A DNA stretch of 64,000 bases. It comes from Candidatus Kerfeldbacteria bacterium. Its GTDB lineage: Bacteria; Patescibacteriota; Patescibacteriia; UBA9570; XYC2-FULL-38-9. Below the pieces are notes generated by a model that was not told the DNA's origin, did no database searches, and saw only the letters and a list, made by a program, of their open reading frames with translations. Made by a program: the position numbers and the translations under genes. Below, piece by piece: positions 49,894-58,294 of the stretch; the first letter of the stretch is position 1, and every line of letters starts with the position of its first letter. The DNA is taken from positions 220,272 through 284,271 of the forward strand of contig JACPGJ010000008.1 in assembly GCA_016182555.1 (NCBI GenBank). The letters are read 5' to 3'.

Positions 49894-52074
49894 CTATAGG
49901 TCTAATGGTGCTGCTGTTGATTGAGAAGAATGTTGCAAAGACGATGAGCTGCCTCCAGCACCAGCTGGTTGTTGGCCGCCACCTCCACCACCACTTTTCT
50001 TACGACGCCTTCGACGACGCTTCGCACTCGCACTCGTTTGTCCTGAAGCCGGCGATTGGCTTTGACCTGAACGTTGTGTTTGCGGCTGGGGTTGACGTTG
50101 GGGCGGACGAGAGAGTGGCGGTTGATCTTGACCTTGAGGAATATGGGCTGCTTGTGGCCGAACTTGCGTTGGCTTTGCTGGAGATTGTGGTGCAGATTGT
50201 TGTGGAAGCATCTGCGGCAAGACAACACGTTGCGGTTGGTTCCCGCTGGGTGTCGCCGATTGTGGTGACTGAGATGCGGAACGTACTGGCTGAGGTTGAA
50301 TTTGAACCTGTCGTGGCGCTTGTGGCTGTGGTCGCGGTGAAGGTTGCGGTTGGACTTGCGCACGATGTTGTACTGGTTGAGGCTGACGTTGGGCTGGTCG
50401 CGGCGACTGCGATTGAGGTTGACGCGATTGTTGTGGTTTGCGATCCAATTTCTGGGGCATGGATTTCTGTGGTGAAGGTGTAGGAGCGAGAACTACTGCT
50501 GGTGATGACGAAGGAAACCCGGATAAAAAATTAATTTCTCTATCTCGAAGTTCATCAATGTCATTTTGTGGCCGTGCTATCGTTGCTGCTTTCGGTGCTT
50601 TCGGTGGTGGAGGCGGTGCCGCTAGGCCCTTTTTTTTATTCAATTGTTCTGTTTCCGCTGCTCCTTCATTCTTTTCTTGCTGTTTTTCATCTTCTGTTTT
50701 TGTGTTCGTCATGGGCTCATCCACAGTATCGGCTTCATCAATGTCAACGTTAATATCAGACCACTTCATAATATTTTCTTCTACCGCGGCACGATTTTTT
50801 GCATATCGCTCACGCGACAACTGAATGACTTTTTCTTTATTTCCCGTTTCTCCCGTCAGCGGCGGTAAGGTGCTCGCAGAAAATGGGCTGGAAGAAACAC
50901 CATCAATCATCAAACGCAAATAAATATGATGTGCGGGTAGTGTTACTAAATCTTCTTGCATAAATGTTGGCTGGAATTCCTTTTCTAATTCCTCCGCATC
51001 CGCTGCACCCACACGAAACGCAATTAACGTACCCACATTACCAAATACGGCTGGAGCCACTACCTCGTTGAGCTGTTCAATATATTGGTGAGCCAAAATT
51101 AAATCCAGCCGATATTTTCGCGCCTCAGATAAAATGCCCGCAAAGGATTCGGTTGCAAAATTTTGAAACTCATCGACGTACAAATAAAAATCGCGCCGTT
51201 CTTTTTCCGGAATATTCACACGGCTCATAGCAGCCAGTTGCATTTTGGTAATCATCATCGCCCCAAGCAGCGCCGAATTTTCTTCACCAATGCGACCTTT
51301 GGCTAAATTCATCAGTAAAATTTTCCCAGAATCCATCAATTCACGCATATCAATTGTACTGCGGGTTTGACCGACAATATTGCGAATCAACTGCGAAGAC
51401 AAAAATTGTCCCACTTTATTCTGAATCGGCGCAATCGCTTCATTGCGAAATTTTTCCGAATAGTTATTGTATTCGTTCACCCAAAATGAACGCACGACCG
51501 GGTCGGTAATTTTTTTCAATATTTTTTTTCGATACCGTGTATCCACCAACATGCGTGTCACCCCCAGCAAGGTGGACCCGGGGTTTTCTAACAACGCCAA
51601 AATCGTGTTAATCAAAATATATTCCAAGCGGGGGCCCCACGAATCGGCCCAAATCTTTTTAAATACACCCACTAACCCATTCGATACCAGATTTTTATAT
51701 TCCGGGCTAACACTTTCCAAAATATTAAACGCAATGGGATAATCCAAATCTGCTGGGTTAAAATAGACCACATCATTAATACGGTTGTTCGGAACAAAGT
51801 TCACCACTTTTTCTACTAAGTCTCCGTGCGGGTCAACGACTGCCAAACCACGACCTTCGCGAATGTCTTGAATAATCATATTTTCCAACAACGTCGATTT
51901 GCCCATACCGGTTTTCCCAATCATGTACATGTGGCGCCGACGATCATCTTCCTTAATACCAAAACTACGGAACTCATTCCGAAAATTTGTTTGCGCAAAT
52001 ACCACTGGCTTATCCTGGTGTGGTGGAATCGATGCCGGGGCGGGTTGATCGTTTGGTGGCAATGGTTTATCCAT
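49894..52074 (-). CDS. VirD4/TrwB-like ATPase with long Pro/Gln-rich tail
   Basis: DRRRHMYMIGKTGMGKS, YVDEFQNF, SEARKY. Confidence 0.9.
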   Translation of the reverse strand: MDKPLPPNDQPAPASIPPHQDKPVVFAQTNFRNEFRSFGIKEDDRRRHMYMIGKTGMGKSTLLENMIIQDIREGRGLAVVDPHGDLVEKVVNFVPNNRINDVVYFNPADLDYPIAFNILESVSPEYKNLVSNGLVGVFKKIWADSWGPRLEYILINTILALLENPGSTLLGVTRMLVDTRYRKKILKKITDPVVRSFWVNEYNNYSEKFRNEAIAPIQNKVGQFLSSQLIRNIVGQTRSTIDMRELMDSGKILLMNLAKGRIGEENSALLGAMMITKMQLAAMSRVNIPEKERRDFYLYVDEFQNFATESFAGILSEARKYRLDLILAHQYIEQLNEVVAPAVFGNVGTLIAFRVGAADAEELEKEFQPTFMQEDLVTLPAHHIYLRLMIDGVSSSPFSASTLPPLTGETGNKEKVIQLSRERYAKNRAAVEENIMKWSDINVDIDEADTVDEPMTNTKTEDEKQQEKNEGAAETEQLNKKKGLAAPPPPPKAPKAATIARPQNDIDELRDREINFLSGFPSSSPAVVLAPTPSPQKSMPQKLDRKPQQSRQPQSQSPRPAQRQPQPVQHRAQVQPQPSPRPQPQAPRQVQIQPQPVRSASQSPQSATPSGNQPQRVVLPQMLPQQSAPQSPAKPTQVRPQAAHIPQGQDQPPLSRPPQRQPQPQTQRSGQSQSPASGQTSASAKRRRRRRKKSGGGGGGQQPAGAGGSSSSLQHSSQSTAAPLDL

Positions 52075-52098
52075 AGAAACAATGAGTTGAGCAAGAAA

Positions 52099-53766
52099 TT
52101 AGGCGAAGGGTAAATTGGCAGGTGGTTGTCCTTTCTGGTTTGGATCACTGCTTTGTTGCGTGGGTGTCGGTATATTCGTGGGCCCAGGCACTGGTTGGGT
52201 CGGAGTGGAACCACCACTTGGCGATGGCGACAAACGCTTAATAGGACGGACATTTGGTGGTAGCCCAGCCATAGAACGAGTAAGGTCCACTTGCGGTGTT
52301 GCTGTACCACCAGAAGGAGGCGGGGGTGGCGGTGGCACAATACTGCGTTGTGGCAAACCCGAAGGCGGTACTGGAATTTGCTGCCCAGAACTAGCAGAAT
52401 CTGGGCTAGATGCTGGTTCAACCATTTGCTCAGCAGAGGGCTGCAATACTGTTGACGGTATATCGAATGGTAAACGTGCTGGGGGTTCGGATTTTTTTGA
52501 TACCGTTTTGGTTACCAGCGGTGCCTTCACTGTCATTACTGGGAAATGGAAGATACTCGCAATTTCGACATTCGATAGGACTTGCTGCAATTCCCCTTCC
52601 CAGTTAGATCGTCCTTTATATGAATTAAAAATTCTATTTTTTCTCACGTTCTGTTGCCACGTTGGGAAAATATATGCTGGCAAGTTCGTACGAGTACGAC
52701 GACCGTACACTAACGCATTTAAGTCCGTGGTATTAAATTGTTTGATAGAACCCTGAATGGCCGCAGCAACACGTGGTGGGCTAAAAATTTCTTTGGGTGC
52801 AATATAAATGAAGCGAAATTTACATTGAAACGGGATACGGGCAATCTTTTTCTGAATCTCAACAATAACCTGCTGTTCACCGGTGGTTAAATTCAAATAA
52901 TTTCCTAAACTATCTGGTACAGGTGGTGGTGGTGGCGTAATTCCGGTAGCGGAAAAGAGGGCATTATGGATCCCCTCGAGTAACACCAATGGCGCATCTA
53001 ATATTTTATCCACCGTGTTTCGCGTACTCCCTTTTTTCCTACCAATCAATTTTTCGAATTCTGCCACTCCCTTATCACGCCACGAAAATGCTTGTGGGGT
53101 AATAACAAATTGCAACCATACCTGCTCACCCGGACGCAAGCGGCTCATAATTTCCAAAATAGCCGCCATCGGGTCTGCAAATATTCCTGTTAATGGATGT
53201 TCAAAATACTCGTATGTTTTTATTGGATACACATCAGATTTAGCGAGCACGAATTCTACCCCAAACAGATCAAATTTTGGATCAGGGTACTTCTGTGGCG
53301 CATTCGGTACATAGTCCTCGACCTCCACAATTTCTGCATCTGGATACTGTGCAAAAATCGCTCCCTTCACTAAGTCGACATTATAGGTATCGCAACGAAT
53401 AAAATATTGAATATACCCATCAATACTCACCAATTCCAAAGAAAAAGTATCCAAAAACATTCCTTGCCACCATTTCTGCTTAAACGTAAACGGAATAAAC
53501 ACGCCATGCATATTCGCAATAATCTGCTCTACCGCTTTCATACTCTGTTCATTCAACTTGGGCACATCAATAGCGAGTAACACCTGTTTTTTACTTTTTG
53601 CATACATTCCCCATATCCAAAAAAACCACGTATCTTTCACCATGAAATAAAACACAGGCAAGAAAGCGATCCAGCCGCCGGCACGAAATAATTGGATGAG
53701 TCCTTGAAATGGATTATGTGCATCTCCAAGGAGTTGTTGAACAATGCTCTCCATGAACGATTTCAA
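52099..53766 (-). CDS. Membrane-anchored accessory protein of the VirD4-like module
   Basis: N-terminal TM; FSLELVS...AQYPDAEI..VEDY; YPIKTY; ASIFHFP...EPPARLP; Pro-rich tail. Confidence 0.8.
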   Translation of the reverse strand: MKSFMESIVQQLLGDAHNPFQGLIQLFRAGGWIAFLPVFYFMVKDTWFFWIWGMYAKSKKQVLLAIDVPKLNEQSMKAVEQIIANMHGVFIPFTFKQKWWQGMFLDTFSLELVSIDGYIQYFIRCDTYNVDLVKGAIFAQYPDAEIVEVEDYVPNAPQKYPDPKFDLFGVEFVLAKSDVYPIKTYEYFEHPLTGIFADPMAAILEIMSRLRPGEQVWLQFVITPQAFSWRDKGVAEFEKLIGRKKGSTRNTVDKILDAPLVLLEGIHNALFSATGITPPPPPVPDSLGNYLNLTTGEQQVIVEIQKKIARIPFQCKFRFIYIAPKEIFSPPRVAAAIQGSIKQFNTTDLNALVYGRRTRTNLPAYIFPTWQQNVRKNRIFNSYKGRSNWEGELQQVLSNVEIASIFHFPVMTVKAPLVTKTVSKKSEPPARLPFDIPSTVLQPSAEQMVEPASSPDSASSGQQIPVPPSGLPQRSIVPPPPPPPSGGTATPQVDLTRSMAGLPPNVRPIKRLSPSPSGGSTPTQPVPGPTNIPTPTQQSSDPNQKGQPPANLPFA

Positions 53767-53784
53767 TTTTTATTTGTATCTCTA

Positions 53785-54918
53785 TTATGCACCAGAAATG
53801 GCAGTTGGAACAGGGGGTTCTGCCAATGTATATTTCCCGTCATTGGTCTTCCGAAATATATGTTTATCTGTTAACGCTAAATGAATCGTATTTTTCTTCA
53901 CAATACGTTGTTGTAATACGCGCTCAACAATTTCGCTGCGCTGCAACGGCGTACCGGCTTTTTTCAATATTGCCACAATGACGTTCGATACCACCCCATC
54001 AGTAAAGCCCCATTCACGTAATGCGTAAATGCCACGCCCCACAAGCACATATTCAGGGTTGAGGATGAGTTCGTTATGCACCGTGGGCGGATACGCTTGT
54101 TTTTTAAAAATTTTAGTAATGCGACGAGCAATTTCTTCAAAATGCATTGGTTTCCCCTCTTTCTTCAGCACCAAATACACGCGGTCATTCATACGCTTTG
54201 GTAAAATGAGCCCCCATTCGGTTAAACCATATTCATCAAACGGATTTTTTGAAATTTTTGCAGAAATATCGATATAGGCAAGTACCGCGTCTTCTGTCAG
54301 CTTCTGCTGATTCGCGATATAAAATGGCTTTTGCACAAATGCTTCAAACAACTCATCAAATATCTTCGGCGTGCCAATTTCACGAATCACCGCTTCTAAC
54401 GCAGCAATACTCTGATCGACAAATTCCATCGATGCTAAAACCAACTTCCATCCTGGCAAATATTTTTTCGATTTTGGAATTGGTGTGAGCTTATCATTCA
54501 ACAATTCGTTCAAAATAAAAGCAATACTCTGCCGATTCTGTGACGTATCATCATTGGCAGCCAGCAGGACATCAAACATCATTTCACGAGTCATGACACC
54601 CCCGTGTTGGTTTAATAACGAAATGACTAAATGTTCCACAGGCTTAATCACTTCAGCAAATGCCGGAGACGCTTTCATTTTGGCAATGGACTGGCTTTCA
54701 ATCTGCCGTATGCGTTCCCGAGTAACATGATACAAGGAACCAATTGTTTCTAATGTCTCCTTACCTTGTTCTGTTAAACCATAACGACGCCGCAGAACAT
54801 CTGCTTCTTTAGATGACAACGTTTTTAAGAGAGTAGTAAGTATTTCTAATGGATGAAATAACTGTTTTTCCTGGTCTTCTTTACTGGAGAGTACGCGATC
54901 AAGTATTGAATCTGCCAT
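53785..54918 (-). CDS. Sigma70 region-4 + HARE-HTH (RNAP delta-like) protein
   Basis: VLRRRYGL...TLETIG...VTRERIRQIE; TVHNELI...VLVGRGIYAL. Confidence 0.85.
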   Translation of the reverse strand: MADSILDRVLSSKEDQEKQLFHPLEILTTLLKTLSSKEADVLRRRYGLTEQGKETLETIGSLYHVTRERIRQIESQSIAKMKASPAFAEVIKPVEHLVISLLNQHGGVMTREMMFDVLLAANDDTSQNRQSIAFILNELLNDKLTPIPKSKKYLPGWKLVLASMEFVDQSIAALEAVIREIGTPKIFDELFEAFVQKPFYIANQQKLTEDAVLAYIDISAKISKNPFDEYGLTEWGLILPKRMNDRVYLVLKKEGKPMHFEEIARRITKIFKKQAYPPTVHNELILNPEYVLVGRGIYALREWGFTDGVVSNVIVAILKKAGTPLQRSEIVERVLQQRIVKKNTIHLALTDKHIFRKTNDGKYTLAEPPVPTAISGA

Positions 54919-55015
54919 AGACTTCTAAATGTTTAGTATAGTGAATATACCATATCCTTGCTCTGGAGTCAAATTTGTCGTTTAGTCAAAATGAGAGTAT
55001 ACTAAAATAAATTGA

Positions 55016-55480
55016 ATGACTATTCTCGCTTATATGGCAACAGATCCACTCGATCTTCCACTAGAAAACGATCAATATTCTTCAACATCCAACGGAAATA
55101 TGGAAAAAATGGATGAAGGGAATGCAGATCAAAATACAGAAGGGATTGATTTTGAAAAAACCACGCATCAAGTACAGCTCGCTATTCAATATGTGAACGA
55201 AACACGGGCAGATTTTGAGCAAGCTGGGCCGCAACCATGGGTTAATCAACTGATAGATATACTCAACACCGCACTCAAGAGTATCCATGAATTAGAAATG
55301 GTGCATGTGGATGACCTGGTCGACTGGACTGATGAATTTGGTGATACCCATCAAATCATGGTGCGTTTGGTTGACGAAGAAGGCTTTGACCGCGTGATGA
55401 ATACGTATACGTCTGCAGAGAAACAATTTGAAGAGTATTTCAACAAACACTTGAAAATGATTGGCGAGGAGACAGCCTAA
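55016..55480 (+). CDS. Acidic orphan protein
   Basis: Open frame preceded by TATACT/TAAAAT. Confidence 0.6.
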   Translation: MTILAYMATDPLDLPLENDQYSSTSNGNMEKMDEGNADQNTEGIDFEKTTHQVQLAIQYVNETRADFEQAGPQPWVNQLIDILNTALKSIHELEMVHVDDLVDWTDEFGDTHQIMVRLVDEEGFDRVMNTYTSAEKQFEEYFNKHLKMIGEETA

Positions 55481-55497
55481 CGCCACCGATGAAACAA

Positions 55498-56391
55498 TTA
55501 TTTTTTGAGTATTTTTTGGCCAACGAGCAATAACGGACTGGCAATAAATATAGAAGAATAGGTACCGAAAATAATACCAATCAAGAGGGTGAAGACAAAA
55601 TGGTGAATGGATTCGCCACCAAACAAATACAGAACCAGTAATACCAAGAGGGTTGCCAGCGAAGTATTCAGGGAACGCGCTAAGGTGGTATTAATACTGC
55701 TGTTTATAATTTCACGAAATGTTTTTGTGGCGCGGTCTTTCAACCCTTCACGAATACGGTCATAGACGACAATTGTATCATGCACAGAAAAGCCAAGAAT
55801 GGTCAGAAGTGCAGTGACGAAGAGTGAATCTATTTGGACATCAAAAAAGTGACCCAACAGAGAAAAAACTCCTAGAACAAGCAAAATATCATGTGCTAGC
55901 GCGATAATGGCGGATAGCCCAAATACCCAAGAGGGAACGGGCCCTTGCGACACTTTTCGGAATGCATAAGAGATATAGGCGACAATGGCCAAAAGCACAA
56001 GCAATAGGGCGGTGACAGCCTTATGTTTGAGTTCAGCGCCAAGGGTAGGGCCAATCGTGGAAAAACTCTGCTCCGTTACTCCTTTATCCGTAAACAATTG
56101 CAATATCTGTTCGCGTTGGTCGTTATTAATATATGGCAATTTAATCAGTAAATCGGTATCGCCAGCTGTTTGTATGCGTTCATCAGTAATATTGACTGTA
56201 GATAATGCCGCGCTCATCTCATCTATACTTGGGCGGGAGGCGGTGTCAGGAAAATGCAGCTGAATGGAACTACCTCCGGTAAAATCGATACCTAATTTCA
56301 ACCCCCATACTGCCAAAAAAACAACACTCACGAGTGCAGAGACAAAGGAGATCGTCGCCCAATATTTTGAGGTATCAATAATTCTATACAT
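55498..56391 (-). CDS. secF: Protein translocase subunit SecF
   Basis: LGIDFTGGS, HDILL, GFSVHDTIVVYDRIRE, GTYSSIFIA. Confidence 0.97.
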   Translation of the reverse strand: MYRIIDTSKYWATISFVSALVSVVFLAVWGLKLGIDFTGGSSIQLHFPDTASRPSIDEMSAALSTVNITDERIQTAGDTDLLIKLPYINNDQREQILQLFTDKGVTEQSFSTIGPTLGAELKHKAVTALLLVLLAIVAYISYAFRKVSQGPVPSWVFGLSAIIALAHDILLVLGVFSLLGHFFDVQIDSLFVTALLTILGFSVHDTIVVYDRIREGLKDRATKTFREIINSSINTTLARSLNTSLATLLVLLVLYLFGGESIHHFVFTLLIGIIFGTYSSIFIASPLLLVGQKILKK

Positions 56392-56395
56392 AAAT

Positions 56396-58102
56396 TTATT
56401 TATCGTGTTGTTTCATCTTGCGTACGCCAAACCAAGCCACATTGTTAATACGGAACAGACCAAGCAGATTGCGAGTGATGGTGATGGCAGAGAACATACT
56501 GACCACAATACCAATCGCCAGTGTAATAGCAAAACCGCGAATGAGTGAAGACCCAAACCAGTACAAAATGAGACAAGTAATCAACGATGACGCATTTGAA
56601 TCGCGAATAGATGTCCACGCACGCTTGAATCCATCATGAATACTTTGGCTTACCGGTTTGCCACTGCGCAATTCTTCTTTCATGCGTTCAAAAATGAGTA
56701 CGTTCGCATCCACCGCCATACCGATAGAGAGAATAAAACCCGCAATACCCGCAAGCGTAAGGGTTACTGGCCAGAGTTTAAAAATAGCGAGCACGAGTAA
56801 TGAATAGATACAGAGGGCAATAACCGCCATAAACCCGGGCAAGCGATAATACACGGTCATGAAAATAGACAAGAGGAATAGCCCAAGGACGCCCGCGAAT
56901 AAACTGCGTTCAATAGATTCTTGACCAAGGGTAGGACCAATATTTTGCTGGCTAATTAAGGTAATGGGTACCGGCAGTGCGCCAGCATTCAGGCGTTGCG
57001 CTAACTGCTTAGCTTCTTCTAAGGTGAAGCTACCAGAAATAACCGCTTCTCCCGTATTAATCTCTTGCTGCACAACTGGTGCACTAATAATTTTATTATC
57101 TAAATAGATCGCCACTGTTTTCCCCACATTGTCACGGGTAATTTGAGCAAACAAATCTTTTCCCTCGTCATTAAACTTTAAGCTGACTGTTGGTAAGCCC
57201 GTGTTGGGTTCAAAGGTGACATCAGCACGATCAAGTTGTTCACCAGTGAGAGCAGTGTCAACATAATTTGGGCCGTTTTGCGCGGGTGTTTCTGGAATTT
57301 TACGCAATAGAATATGGTGTGCCGTCGCTTTTGCATTCACCGCTTCTTGCGCTGGCTGGTCCCCTTCTGCGGGTTTGGCTGGTACCGCATCTGTGCGGCT
57401 ATCGACACGAATAATATGATAACCAAAATCCGTTTCCACAATTTCTGGGTAAATTTTACCAACCTCTGCCTTAGTAAATACCACATCATCAAATGGCGGA
57501 ACTGTATCGCCCTGCTCAAATTCATCTAACACACCGCCTTTATCTTTTGAACCGGGGTCTTGCGAATTTTCGCGAGCGATTGCTTCAAAATCGGCACCTT
57601 CCGCTTGGGCCTGTACTAACAAACTTTCTGCTGTTTGCTTGGTCTCTTCATTTTTCTTGCGAATTTGTTCTTTTTGTTCGTCGGTATATTCTGGCGGTGG
57701 ACCTTCCGTTTTAAATGCCAAAGTCGGTGTTTCGCCAATGCGGGCAATCGCTTGAGAAATATCGGTTACGCCAGGCAATTCTACCAGCACACGCCAAGAT
57801 TCATTAGAACGAGTGGTTTGAATAGTCGGCTCACTCACACCAAAAGCATTGATTCGGTTTTCAATCACATCACGAACACCATCAAGTGCACCTTGCTGGT
57901 CAGCGACATCAATGTTCGAAACATCAGCGTCATATAATAAAGAAACACCACCTTGCAAATCAAGACCGAGTTGCACTTTGAGTTCACGCTGAATGTTACC
58001 AATATGTAGATTTGGACCTTTTGGATAATCCACAACGCCTGCCAAAACAGTTAACGCCAAAATACCCAATAACCCTAACCGAATTTTTGTCCGCATTTTC
58101 AT
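56396..58102 (-). CDS. secD: Protein translocase subunit SecD with inserted parvulin PPIase domain
   Basis: LGLDLQGG, NAGALPVP, GMAVDANVLIFER; insert FEAIARENSQDPGSKDKGG...FGYHII. Confidence 0.96.
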   Translation of the reverse strand: MKMRTKIRLGLLGILALTVLAGVVDYPKGPNLHIGNIQRELKVQLGLDLQGGVSLLYDADVSNIDVADQQGALDGVRDVIENRINAFGVSEPTIQTTRSNESWRVLVELPGVTDISQAIARIGETPTLAFKTEGPPPEYTDEQKEQIRKKNEETKQTAESLLVQAQAEGADFEAIARENSQDPGSKDKGGVLDEFEQGDTVPPFDDVVFTKAEVGKIYPEIVETDFGYHIIRVDSRTDAVPAKPAEGDQPAQEAVNAKATAHHILLRKIPETPAQNGPNYVDTALTGEQLDRADVTFEPNTGLPTVSLKFNDEGKDLFAQITRDNVGKTVAIYLDNKIISAPVVQQEINTGEAVISGSFTLEEAKQLAQRLNAGALPVPITLISQQNIGPTLGQESIERSLFAGVLGLFLLSIFMTVYYRLPGFMAVIALCIYSLLVLAIFKLWPVTLTLAGIAGFILSIGMAVDANVLIFERMKEELRSGKPVSQSIHDGFKRAWTSIRDSNASSLITCLILYWFGSSLIRGFAITLAIGIVVSMFSAITITRNLLGLFRINNVAWFGVRKMKQHDK

Positions 58103-58294
58103 ACCGGATCAGTATAAACAAAAGGTCATTCTTTGACAAGGGACACCGTCGAAAAAAACTGAATCTCTCCGCGTTGTTCACTGGATGGTGAATGAATCGT
58201 CTATTTTGGCTAGTTTCAGCTGTATTATGAGACTGTGGGAAAATACGGTTAAAGACCCTTGAAAAAATAGTCAAAATATGATAGTTATACTGTA

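Noticed and set aside
49818-50824. Long antisense ORFs (221 aa, 128 aa)
   Set aside because: They are shadows of the low-complexity Pro/Gln tail. The same applies to 52115..52756.
47639-53766. Conjugative element/ICE
   Set aside because: No relaxase, integrase or VirB genes nearby; composition and context look chromosomal.
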